Shown: piece by piece, positions 10,157 through 19,408 of the stretch
How positions within the stretch are numbered: the stretch's first letter is position 1
Layout of the letters: each line of letters begins with the position of its first letter
NCBI GenBank assembly: GCA_963664305.2
Contig: CAXXLV010000002.1
Span: 416,001 to 480,000, forward strand
Source: an uncultured Aliarcobacter sp.
GTDB lineage: Bacteria > Campylobacterota > Campylobacteria > Campylobacterales > Arcobacteraceae
DNA: 64,000 nt
Direction: 5' to 3'
Made by a program: the position numbers and the translations under genes
The notes under the pieces: model-generated
Told to the model about the DNA's origin: nothing
The model's input: the letters and a program-made list of their open reading frames with translations, nothing else
The model's database searches: none

Positions 10157-10639
10157 TTATTTGAAAATCTCCAGAATCATATTTGTACCTTGAGCAACTC
10201 TAAATACTTTATCTTCAACTCTGTAAATATCTGTATTTTTAACAAATGGATAATTTTTTGAATTAATCATTGTTCCACTTCTTAGGATTCTTTCATCAGC
10301 AATTTGACCTTTTGCAAGTTTTTTTTGCCATCCTGTTGGTAATGTCCCATCTCTTTCAATTTTCTTTTCTAAACCTTTTGGTAAAGTTTTTTGTTTTTCA
10401 GGACCTTCTCTATAATATTTATCACCTTCATAATCTTTATAATTTTTGTACTCTTTATCATACTCATTTTTATTTTTTTCTTTAATGTTTTTTTCGTGTT
10501 GTTTTACATTTTGTTCTTTATAGTCTTTGTATTTCCCTTTTAAAGGTTCGTCTATAACATTCTCATCTTTTTTTGCATATAACGAACATGATACTAAACT
10601 TAGTGTAACAAGTGATATAACAATTTTTTTACCTAACAT
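10157..10639 (-). CDS. Secreted hypothetical protein (LPKGLEKK...LPTGWQKK type)
   Basis: Signal peptide, charged low-complexity middle, LPxGxxKK motif twice; AAGGAG RBS. Confidence 0.75.
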   Translation of the reverse strand: MLGKKIVISLVTLSLVSCSLYAKKDENVIDEPLKGKYKDYKEQNVKQHEKNIKEKNKNEYDKEYKNYKDYEGDKYYREGPEKQKTLPKGLEKKIERDGTLPTGWQKKLAKGQIADERILRSGTMINSKNYPFVKNTDIYRVEDKVFRVAQGTNMILEIFK

Positions 10640-10750
10640 ATCTACTCCTTTTTTATTATGATGTTATTTTATCATTTAATTGTGAAATAATGTGGAAAAC
10701 TATTAAACTTATTCATAAAAATATTATGCCCTTTTAGTTATAATTCCACC

Positions 10751-12955
10751 ATGCAAAACATATTAAAAAAATTAGACTTAATGGACTATATAGAGAGCTT
10801 CTCAAAGCTTATGGCAAGAGAAAAATCTATTATTTTAGAAGGGGATATAAACCTTCATTACAAACTTATAAATGAGTTGTCAAAATTTGATTTTAAAGCA
10901 CCATTAAAAACTGAAAATCTTGATTCAGCATTAATGCATATACAAAAACAAGGTGTTCTAAAAATATATGAGATTTTTGAATTTATTAAAATAATTAACT
11001 ATTTTAGATATTTAAAAAGATTTAATTTTGATGGAAAAATGCTTGAGTGGATGGATAAAATCATTATTCCAAATGAGATTTTAAAAATTTCAGATTATTT
11101 TGATGATAAATCAAATTTAAAAGATGGAATAGATGAAGATTTTGACAACATTAAATACGCTATTTCTAAAAATAAAGAGGCAATAAAACAAAGTCTTTAT
11201 AAAATAATCAACTCTACAAAAATTAGAACCTATTTAGTTGATTCACAAGTTCATTATATAAATGGTGAAGAGGCTTTACTAGTTCGTGGTGGATTTAATC
11301 ATGTTCTTAGTGGAAGTGTAATTGATAGGTCAAATTCTGGATTTTTTTATGTAGTTCCTCATAGTATTAGTGAACTAAAACAAAAACAAAATGATTTAAA
11401 AAATAAACAAGAAGAAATTTTATATAAAATCTGTAAAGAGATTTCATCTTTATTTGAAAAAAATCTTCTATTTTTAAAATTTTTAAATAAAGAGTTCGAT
11501 AGATTTGACCATTATCAAGCAAGACTATTTTTTGCAAAAATGGGAGATAAAAATTTTATACTTCCTTCAAAAAATGATGTTAATAAACTTGTTGATTTTT
11601 GTCATCCAGCTTTACATAATCCAAAACCAATTACAATTGATTTTACAAAATCAGTTGTTATGATTACAGGGGTAAATGCGGGAGGAAAAACAATGATGTT
11701 AAAATCAATTTTATCAGCAGTTTTCCTTTCAAAATATCTACTTCCATATAAAGCTCATCATGATACAGTTGTTAGTAATTTTAAAACAATAAATGCAGTT
11801 TTAGATGACCCTCAAAGTGTAAAAAATGATATCTCAACATTTGCTGGTCGTATGGTTGAGTTTTCTAAACTTTTTGGAGCTAAAAATGCAATAGTTGGGG
11901 TTGATGAGATTGAACTTGGAACAGATTCAGATGAAGCTGCAAGTCTGTTTAAAGTAATAATTGAAGATTTAATTCAAAGAGATATAAAAGTAATTATTAC
12001 TACTCACCATAAAAGATTAGCAGCACTCATGGCTTCAAATGATAATGTTGAATTAATTGCTGCACTTTATGATGAAGAAAATCAAAGACCAACTTATGAG
12101 TTTTTACAAGGAACAATTGGAAGGTCTTATGCTTTTGAAACGGCTTCTAGATATGGGATTCCACTTAGTGTTGTAAAAAGAGCAAAAGAAGTTTATGGTG
12201 AAGATAAAGATAAATTAAATGAACTAATAGAAAGAAGTAGTTCATTAGAGAGAGAATATAAACAAAAGATTGCAAAACTTGATGAAGAAATTGCAAATAT
12301 GCAAAGAATTACTTCTAATCTAAAAGAGCAAAAAGAAAAGCTTGATGAACATATTTATAGTGAAAAATCAAAACTTCATAAAGAGTATAGTGATGCAAGA
12401 GATGAAGCAAAAAAAGCTATAAAAGCAAAACTTGTAAGTGAATCTCATCAACATCTAAATATTGCTCATCAAAAAGCAAAAGAGATTAAAGTTGAAAAGG
12501 TTCAAGAAGTTGTTGAGTTAGCTGTTGGAGACAGAGTTAAATATAGAAATACAAAAGGAACTATTGTTTCAATAAAAGGAAATAAAGCTTATATTGAAAA
12601 TGACATGGGAATGAAAGTTCAAGTAATGTTAAGTGACTTAAGTAGAAGTGGAAATCCACCACCTCCAAAAGTTCCTACTAAAAAAGCAACTGTAACTATT
12701 CAACGACCAGAAACTGGAAGTATAAAACTTGACCTTCATGGACAAAGAGCTGATGAAGCAATTGAAAATTTAGATAAGTTTTTAAGTGATGCTTTACTTG
12801 CAGGATTTGAAGAAGTTTTAGTTTATCATGGGATTGGAACTGGGAAATTAGCATTTGCTGTTAAAGAGTTTTTGAAAAAGCATCCAAAAGTTAAAGGCTT
12901 TGAAGATGCTCATCCAAGTAGTGGAGGATTTGGAGCTAAAGTTATAAAACTTTAG
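10751..12955 (+). CDS. mutS2: MutS2 (ATPase with C-terminal Smr domain)
   Basis: ITGVNAGGKT, DEIELGTD and TTHH motifs; coiled coil; LDLHG...VYHGIGTG...GGFGA Smr domain. Confidence 0.95.
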   Translation: MQNILKKLDLMDYIESFSKLMAREKSIILEGDINLHYKLINELSKFDFKAPLKTENLDSALMHIQKQGVLKIYEIFEFIKIINYFRYLKRFNFDGKMLEWMDKIIIPNEILKISDYFDDKSNLKDGIDEDFDNIKYAISKNKEAIKQSLYKIINSTKIRTYLVDSQVHYINGEEALLVRGGFNHVLSGSVIDRSNSGFFYVVPHSISELKQKQNDLKNKQEEILYKICKEISSLFEKNLLFLKFLNKEFDRFDHYQARLFFAKMGDKNFILPSKNDVNKLVDFCHPALHNPKPITIDFTKSVVMITGVNAGGKTMMLKSILSAVFLSKYLLPYKAHHDTVVSNFKTINAVLDDPQSVKNDISTFAGRMVEFSKLFGAKNAIVGVDEIELGTDSDEAASLFKVIIEDLIQRDIKVIITTHHKRLAALMASNDNVELIAALYDEENQRPTYEFLQGTIGRSYAFETASRYGIPLSVVKRAKEVYGEDKDKLNELIERSSSLEREYKQKIAKLDEEIANMQRITSNLKEQKEKLDEHIYSEKSKLHKEYSDARDEAKKAIKAKLVSESHQHLNIAHQKAKEIKVEKVQEVVELAVGDRVKYRNTKGTIVSIKGNKAYIENDMGMKVQVMLSDLSRSGNPPPPKVPTKKATVTIQRPETGSIKLDLHGQRADEAIENLDKFLSDALLAGFEEVLVYHGIGTGKLAFAVKEFLKKHPKVKGFEDAHPSSGGFGAKVIKL

Positions 12956-12967
12956 TTTCCAAATTTT

Positions 12968-13366
12968 TTAATAAATATAAGTTTTTAGAGATTTAACAAA
13001 CTCTTCCATTGTTTTATTTGCATTTTCATTTGGTGCTTCTAAAAAGTTTAATATAAATGAATCTTCTGTTTCACAAACACCAATACTTCTAGGACGTACT
13101 GCTAACACTTCAGGTGTTGGTAACTCTTTTCCAAAACAAAAAACAATATTTTTAGCAGCTTTAATATCTGGATTTATTTCACTATTTTCAATTGAACTTG
13201 TATGTTTATATTGGTCAAAAATTGCAATAAATGCAATAATTGGATGTGCATCAATTTTTACTTGTAAAGCAGAAATAATCTCATCTACACTTTTATATTT
13301 TAATTCACTTTTTTTATATTCTATTTCAAAAATATGATATTTGTCTTTAAAAATTTTTTGTTTCAT
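12968..13366 (-). CDS. Conserved hypothetical protein (DUF302-like/DUF6858-type)
   Basis: IAIFD..H, VFCFG and LAVRPRSIGV motifs; AAGGA RBS. Confidence 0.7.
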   Translation of the reverse strand: MKQKIFKDKYHIFEIEYKKSELKYKSVDEIISALQVKIDAHPIIAFIAIFDQYKHTSSIENSEINPDIKAAKNIVFCFGKELPTPEVLAVRPRSIGVCETEDSFILNFLEAPNENANKTMEEFVKSLKTYIY

Positions 13367-13386
13367 TTTTTTCCTTTATTAAAATT

Positions 13387-13932
13387 TTAATTTATTGATA
13401 AAAATGAATTTATTACGCAATCCATTCTATCTTCTAAATCTTTTGCATCTAAATCCATATAATCTATTTGGATTCTATAGACTAATTTTTTGTCATATTT
13501 AAAATCAAACATTAAATAACCAGCATATTTTTTTGCTTCACTATTTTTCTTTCCAGTGTCTGCTTTGTCATTTTCATAGATGTAGTAGTTAATAGAAAGT
13601 TTTTTATCTTCAAGTTTTTGTTCTGTTGTTAAATATTTATTTATAATATTTTGTAAAATTTTGTCACTTTGTTCTTTTGTTAAAATATCTATTAAATGAC
13701 TTTTCATATATTTTGAGTATTCAATTGAAGAGTTTATTTCATAATTTCCATTTTTTAAAGCTAATATAGCTTCTTTTATGGGTTCTTCTATAAATATTTT
13801 TTCAAAAGTTGTAGTTTTTGTTTGGCACTCAACTCTTTTTGTTTTTGCACTTTGAGAAATTTTTGTAAAAACTGTATAAGAGATAAAACATAGTAAAGAG
13901 ATAAGGAATATTGGGAATATTTTGTTAAGCAT
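13387..13932 (-). CDS. Hypothetical protein with N-terminal membrane anchor
   Basis: Open frame with a hydrophobic N-terminus. Start placed at ATG 13932 (GGA upstream) because the track start 13968 lies in a terminator hairpin. Confidence 0.7.
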   Translation of the reverse strand: MLNKIFPIFLISLLCFISYTVFTKISQSAKTKRVECQTKTTTFEKIFIEEPIKEAILALKNGNYEINSSIEYSKYMKSHLIDILTKEQSDKILQNIINKYLTTEQKLEDKKLSINYYIYENDKADTGKKNSEAKKYAGYLMFDFKYDKKLVYRIQIDYMDLDAKDLEDRMDCVINSFLSIN

Positions 13933-13966
13933 TAGATTATCCATTTTTAAATTTCTGGATAATAAC

Positions 13967-14002
13967 AAATAAAGAATAATAAGTCAATATTATTCTTTAT
14001 TT
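13967..14002 (-). terminator. Intrinsic terminator after the DUF748 gene
   Basis: AAATAAAGAATAATA-N6-TATTATTCTTTATTT perfect inverted repeat. Confidence 0.6.
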
Positions 14003-14022
14003 ATAAGTAAATTTAATAATTC

Positions 14023-17022
14023 TTATTTAAGTTGTTTGATTTTTAAATCTATTGATGAATTTGAAGTTAATATTTCATCACTTAAAATTATTTGTTTTTG
14101 ATTGATAGCTTTTTCTTTTGTTAAATACTCTTTTATATTTAAAATTCTATCTTTAGCAATTTTTTCAAGTTCAATTTTTTTTACTTTTTCTTTTGCTATT
14201 AAAGCATCAATTTGTTCTTTTTTTAGATTTCTATCATCATCTTTTCTTGCAAGATATTTTTTTTCTTTTAAAGCTAAAGTTTCTTTATCTTTATCATATG
14301 AAGGAAGAAGTTTTATAGCAATATCATGTTTTGCTGTTAGAATTTGAGCTATTTTATCAAGAGTCTCTTTTTGAATAGGTGTAATTTCACTCTCTAATGA
14401 ATCAAAATTTACACTTTTGATTTCATCTTCACTAAAATTAAATACACTTGCTAAAAGTGAGAAAGGAGCAGTTACTGCTTTTGTTATTAAGTTTACAAAT
14501 GCTTTCCAAACAATAGCTCCAATAGAAAATTCAGGATCATCTACGTTTCCAGAAATAGGAAGATTTATATCAATAATACCATTTGAATCTTCAAGTAAAG
14601 ATATCGCAATTCCTAATGGTAAAGATACAGCATCAGGACTTTGAACTTCATTTCCTAACTCTAATTTTGTAATTACGATATTGTTTTTTGCATCAAGATT
14701 TGATTCTTGAATATTATAATTTAAATCTAAATCAAGTTTTCCACTTTTTAGTTCTCGACCTAAAAATTTTCCTGTATATGGTGTGAAATTTTCCATAGCA
14801 ATATTTTTAAATTTCATATTTATATCTGTTAAAAATTTGATGTTATTAGGATTTACAATTCCTGTGATTTTTGCAACACCATATTTATCAACTACACCAC
14901 TAACTTCAAGATTTGTTTTACTTGATTTATTGTTTTTAATCTCTGAAATTTTTCCATTTAGTTTTGATACTGTTGTTTTAAATGAAATAGGTAGATTTTT
15001 ATCTTCAAAATCAAATCTTCCATTATTAATATTAACTGGACCTATATTTAGTTTTGTTTTATTTGAAGTTTTACTATCTTTTGTTGTTGTTTTGGCAGTT
15101 TTTACAACTTCTTCATTTTTTGTTGCTGATGTTGAGTTTTTAGGTAAAACAACAGATATAAAAGGATTATTTAAATCAGTTCTTAGGATTTTAAATAGAT
15201 TTTTTTGATTTGATAATTTTTTTATTCTCAAATCCAAATTTTTTGCATGAATTTTTGTATTGTTTTCTAAATTTATAAAGTCAAGATTTGGATTTAAAAC
15301 TCTTATTGAATCAATAGTAACATCACTTCCTTTGTTAGAAAGTTTGTTTACAGTTATTTCAATGTTTTTTGTTTTTAGATCTAATTTATTTGCTAAATCT
15401 TTTAGATTAATTGATGGTTTTGATAATTTGATTTCATTTATAGTGATTTTGTCATTCTCTAATAAAAAATCATTAAGATTTAAACCTACATTTGTACTTT
15501 TGATATCAAGCTTTGAATTTTTATCTTTAAAATCAAGATTTGGAGTTTTTAAAGATGAATTTTTGATAGAAATTTTATTTCCATCGATTTTTAAAGCATC
15601 TAAAATTAAATTTATATTTTTAGAATTTATATTTAATTTTGATTTTTTTTCATCAAAAGTAAGATTTTCTTTTGATAGATTAATTTTGTCAATATCTAAA
15701 ATAGAGTTGTTTAAAGATAGTGCATTTAGATTGATTTTTGTATTTTTAGATTTAATATCTAAATTATTTTTATTATCAACAAAACTTAAATTAGAGTTTT
15801 TTATGTCAAGAGAATTTAAATCAATTTTAGAGTTTACAATTTGAAGATTTTTCAGATTTAAAGTAGTATTTTTTACATTGATTAGGCTGTTATTAATTTT
15901 ATCATTAAAATCAAAATTTGTTGTAGCTTCAACATTTGATAGATTAATTATCCAAGGTTTTGACTCTTCAGTTTTTGATGGTTCTTCTTTTTTTACAGAA
16001 TCATTAGCATTTGATTTTTCTTCTGATTTTATTAGATTAGCAAAATTAATTCCATTTTTATCAGAAATCATATTTGCATTTAAAGCATCAATTTTAATGC
16101 CATCAAGTTTGATGTTTTGAGTTATTAAATCAAAATCAAATTTTTTAACATCAAGTTTTTTTAGACTTGCTATTGATTTATCATTTTGTTTTAGATTAAG
16201 ATTATTTACTTCTAATAAATCAGTATTTAGTTTTAAATATAAATCATTTGTTGTATCAAGATTATAGTTTAAAACAAGATTTATATTTGCATCTTTATTT
16301 ATATCAAAATTAAAAAAGTTTGTTTTAAAATCTAAAAACTCTTTAATTTTTAAATTTGTAATATCAACTTTTCCATACATTTGAAATGGTTCAAGTTTAA
16401 TCGCTCCACCAATTGATACATTTGTATCTTCGTTTATTCTAAAAGTTAGATTGTTAGAAGATAAAGAATTTTTATATGTTCCCAAATCGTAAATTGTATA
16501 ATCAATATCTTTTAAACTAAGAGAAAAAGGTTTTTCTTCTTTTTCACTTGTAAAATTAATATCTGCATTTTCTAAATCAATTTTTGAAATTAAAAATTTA
16601 ATATCAGATGAAGTTGTATTTTCTTCTTTTTTTTCTTCTTGTGATGGTTTTACTAATTTAGTTAGATTTAATGAACCATTTTTATCTTCAAAAATATTTA
16701 AATAAAGTTCATCTAAATAGATATTTTGGAAGCTTATATGTCTTTTTTCAATAGACCGCATTACTGCAAAATCAATAGTTAGTTCTTTAAAAGAGATATC
16801 TGAGTTGTTATTTTCATCTAAAAGTTTAAAATTATAAACTTTGATATCAAATGTAAAAGGATTAAATTCTATTTTTTCTAAACTTGTTTTTACAGTTAAA
16901 TTTTCATCTAAATTTTTGATTAGTTGGTCTTTTGCAATAATTGGAACTAGTTTAAAACCAATTGTTGCATATGCTAAAACCATAAAACATAGCCAATAAA
17001 ATGATTTTTCTAATTTTCCCAT
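14023..17022 (-). CDS. DUF748 domain protein (AsmA-like beta-rich envelope protein)
   Basis: N-terminal TM then FNPFT; C-terminal FTPYTGKF..GKLDLDLNY, LPLGIAISLLEDSNGIIDINLPISGNVDDPEFS and an OmpA-like tail. Confidence 0.85.
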   Translation of the reverse strand: MGKLEKSFYWLCFMVLAYATIGFKLVPIIAKDQLIKNLDENLTVKTSLEKIEFNPFTFDIKVYNFKLLDENNNSDISFKELTIDFAVMRSIEKRHISFQNIYLDELYLNIFEDKNGSLNLTKLVKPSQEEKKEENTTSSDIKFLISKIDLENADINFTSEKEEKPFSLSLKDIDYTIYDLGTYKNSLSSNNLTFRINEDTNVSIGGAIKLEPFQMYGKVDITNLKIKEFLDFKTNFFNFDINKDANINLVLNYNLDTTNDLYLKLNTDLLEVNNLNLKQNDKSIASLKKLDVKKFDFDLITQNIKLDGIKIDALNANMISDKNGINFANLIKSEEKSNANDSVKKEEPSKTEESKPWIINLSNVEATTNFDFNDKINNSLINVKNTTLNLKNLQIVNSKIDLNSLDIKNSNLSFVDNKNNLDIKSKNTKINLNALSLNNSILDIDKINLSKENLTFDEKKSKLNINSKNINLILDALKIDGNKISIKNSSLKTPNLDFKDKNSKLDIKSTNVGLNLNDFLLENDKITINEIKLSKPSINLKDLANKLDLKTKNIEITVNKLSNKGSDVTIDSIRVLNPNLDFINLENNTKIHAKNLDLRIKKLSNQKNLFKILRTDLNNPFISVVLPKNSTSATKNEEVVKTAKTTTKDSKTSNKTKLNIGPVNINNGRFDFEDKNLPISFKTTVSKLNGKISEIKNNKSSKTNLEVSGVVDKYGVAKITGIVNPNNIKFLTDINMKFKNIAMENFTPYTGKFLGRELKSGKLDLDLNYNIQESNLDAKNNIVITKLELGNEVQSPDAVSLPLGIAISLLEDSNGIIDINLPISGNVDDPEFSIGAIVWKAFVNLITKAVTAPFSLLASVFNFSEDEIKSVNFDSLESEITPIQKETLDKIAQILTAKHDIAIKLLPSYDKDKETLALKEKKYLARKDDDRNLKKEQIDALIAKEKVKKIELEKIAKDRILNIKEYLTKEKAINQKQIILSDEILTSNSSIDLKIKQLK
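15145..15858 (-). repeat. About six degenerate 42-aa (126-nt) tandem beta-strand repeats within the DUF748 protein
   Basis: Units start NLKNLQIV, NLNALSLN, ILDALKID, NLNDFLLE, TVNKLSNK and RIKKLSNQ at 42-residue spacing; complete units end in a pattern like L.I.sKN..L. Confidence 0.75.
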
Positions 17023-17134
17023 GGGATAGCCTTTTTTTAATAAAATAATAAAAATTAAAATTTCTTCATAGTTTTTTATTATAACAAAATAAAGTTAAGT
17101 TAGCTAAAATTCCCCCTAATTAAAAGGATATTAA

Positions 17135-18235
17135 ATGACTATTATAGAATTATTTCAAAAATTATTAAGATTTAAATCAATAACTCCAAATGATGATGGG
17201 GCATTTGATTTTATAGAAGAGTATTTAGGAGCTGATTGGACTTGTATTAAAGTTGATATGGAAGGTGTAAAAAATAGATTTTATTATAAAAAATTCAATG
17301 AAAACCCACAACACCTTTGTTTTGCAGGTCATATAGATGTTGTTCCAACAGGTGAAGGTTGGAGTGTTGACCCTTTTGCTGCTGATGTTGTAGATGGAGT
17401 TATCTGTGCACGAGGTGCACAAGATATGAAAAGTGGAGATGCTGCTTTTTTATATGCTTGTAAAAATGCAAAAAATTTTGATGGAACTTTATCTATTTTA
17501 CTTACTTCTGATGAAGAGGGTGAGGGAACTTATGGAACTATAAAAATGCTTGAACATTTAAAAGAGATTAATATGATTCCAAACTACGCAGTTGTTGCAG
17601 AGCCAACTTGTGAAGTTGTATTTGGTGATGCCATAAAAGTAGGTCGAAGAGGAAGTATAAATGGATACTTAACAATCCAAGGAAAACAAGGACATGCTGC
17701 TTATCCAGAAAAAGGTATAAATCCAGTTCATCAAATAGCTCCTCTTTTAGAAAAAATAGCCGGTTATGATTTGGATAATGGAGATGAATATTTTGCTCCA
17801 AGTAAACTAGTAATCACAGATATAAGAGCAGGTATGCAAGTAACAAATGTAACGCCAAATAAACTTGATTTGATGTTTAATGTTAGAAATTCTACAAATA
17901 CAAAAAAAGAAGATGTTGAAGCTTATATTGAAAAGGTTTTTGGACATTTAAATTATAGTTTACGAACAACACAAGGTTCATATCCATTTGTTACAAATAA
18001 AGAATCAAAAGTTGTTAAGGCTATGGAAAACTCTATTGAAGAAATTTTAGGAATTAAAACAAAACATAGTACTGCAGGAGGTACTAGTGACGCTAGATAT
18101 TTTGGAGCATTTGGAATCGAAGCTATTGAATTTGGTGTTATAAATGATACTATTCATAGTGTAGGGGAGCGAACTACTGTAAAAGAGGTTGAAGGTCTTA
18201 CAAAAGTTTTTGAAAATTTAATAGAAAAATTTTAA
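17135..18235 (+). CDS. dapE: Succinyl-diaminopimelate desuccinylase
   Basis: FAGHIDVVP, RGAQDMK, TSDEEG, GRRGS, QGHAAYP and GGTSDAR motifs. Confidence 0.96.
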   Translation: MTIIELFQKLLRFKSITPNDDGAFDFIEEYLGADWTCIKVDMEGVKNRFYYKKFNENPQHLCFAGHIDVVPTGEGWSVDPFAADVVDGVICARGAQDMKSGDAAFLYACKNAKNFDGTLSILLTSDEEGEGTYGTIKMLEHLKEINMIPNYAVVAEPTCEVVFGDAIKVGRRGSINGYLTIQGKQGHAAYPEKGINPVHQIAPLLEKIAGYDLDNGDEYFAPSKLVITDIRAGMQVTNVTPNKLDLMFNVRNSTNTKKEDVEAYIEKVFGHLNYSLRTTQGSYPFVTNKESKVVKAMENSIEEILGIKTKHSTAGGTSDARYFGAFGIEAIEFGVINDTIHSVGERTTVKEVEGLTKVFENLIEKF

Positions 18236-18263
18236 ATAATATAGATAAATATCTATATTATTT
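18234..18263 (+). terminator. Probable terminator (AT-rich hairpin)
   Basis: AAATAATATAGATA-AA-TATCTATATTATTT inverted repeat at the dapE stop. Confidence 0.55.
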
Positions 18264-18361
18264 TGTATATTAAAAAAATTATTTCTTGTAGTAAATTATA
18301 ATTTTTTATTGTAGAATAGTCTCTAGTTAAGTTTTTTTAAACTAAATTAGAAAGGTTTCAA

Positions 18362-19408
18362 ATGAAATATATAATTTGCCTTCTACTCGTAATGACTTCC
18401 TTTTTATTTTCTGACCAAAGAACGCTGAAAATTTCCAATTTTGTTGATTATATTGATATTGAATTATTAAAAGATTTTGCTTATAAAAATGATATAAAAC
18501 TAGTTTATGATATTCATGATGTAAATGAAGATATATATGAAAAATTGATAAACAACAATCAAGATTATGATTTGATTATTATTTCTTCAAACTATATTTC
18601 AAAATTAAAAAATTTAGATAAATTAGAAAAAATTGATTCTACAAAATTGATAAATTATTCAAATATAAATAAAGATTTTTTACATACAAATTTTATAGAT
18701 ACTTATGAATATACAATTCCTTATTTATGGGGAACTGTTGGATTAATTTATAATAAAAAGATTTCTAAAGAGCCTATTTCAAAATGGGATGATTTGTGGA
18801 AAGAAGAGTTTAAAAATTCTATTCTTTTATCAAATGAACCTTCTGATGTGATAGGAATGGTTTTAAAATCATTGGGATATAGTGCAAATAGTACAAATAT
18901 TAATGAATTAAATGAAGCCTATGAAAAATTAAAAAAATTAATACCAAATATAAAAGATATTAGTTCTTCAAACGCCTCTTCATATTTTTTGAAAAATGAT
19001 TTTCTAGCTGGTATGGTTTATAGTGGTGATGCAAAACTTATAATTGATAAATCAACTGATTTTGAATTTGTTTATCCAAAAGAAGGAGCTTTAAAATGGG
19101 CAGATGGATTGGTTGTTTTAAAAGATTCTAAAAACAAAGATTTAGCTTATAAATTTATTGATTTTATTATTGAAGAAATAAATTTAGCAAAAATAGGAAA
19201 TGCAACAGGATATGCAGTTTCTAGTAAGATATCTATGGAATATATCAATAAAATAGATTTAAATAATGTCATAACTTATCCAACAGAAACTAATCTTATA
19301 AATTCTGAAATATTGATAGAAAATGAAAATATATATAAAAAAATAGTTGAAGATTTTGAAAAATTTAAAGAAGAATATATCAAAAAAGAGGCTTTAAATG
19401 AAAAATAG
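18362..19408 (+). CDS. PotD/PotF-like polyamine-binding periplasmic protein with no adjacent permeases
   Basis: Signal peptide; YDLII.S, IPYLWGTVGLIYN, SKWDDLW, YSGDA and YPKEGA..W.D motifs. Confidence 0.85.
   Translation: MKYIICLLLVMTSFLFSDQRTLKISNFVDYIDIELLKDFAYKNDIKLVYDIHDVNEDIYEKLINNNQDYDLIIISSNYISKLKNLDKLEKIDSTKLINYSNINKDFLHTNFIDTYEYTIPYLWGTVGLIYNKKISKEPISKWDDLWKEEFKNSILLSNEPSDVIGMVLKSLGYSANSTNINELNEAYEKLKKLIPNIKDISSSNASSYFLKNDFLAGMVYSGDAKLIIDKSTDFEFVYPKEGALKWADGLVVLKDSKNKDLAYKFIDFIIEEINLAKIGNATGYAVSSKISMEYINKIDLNNVITYPTETNLINSEILIENENIYKKIVEDFEKFKEEYIKKEALNEK

Noticed and set aside
14102..16120. Several long plus-strand ORFs (81, 75, 141, 194 and 80 aa)
   Set aside because: They are antisense shadows of the DUF748 gene, with F/L/I/S-rich composition and no RBS.
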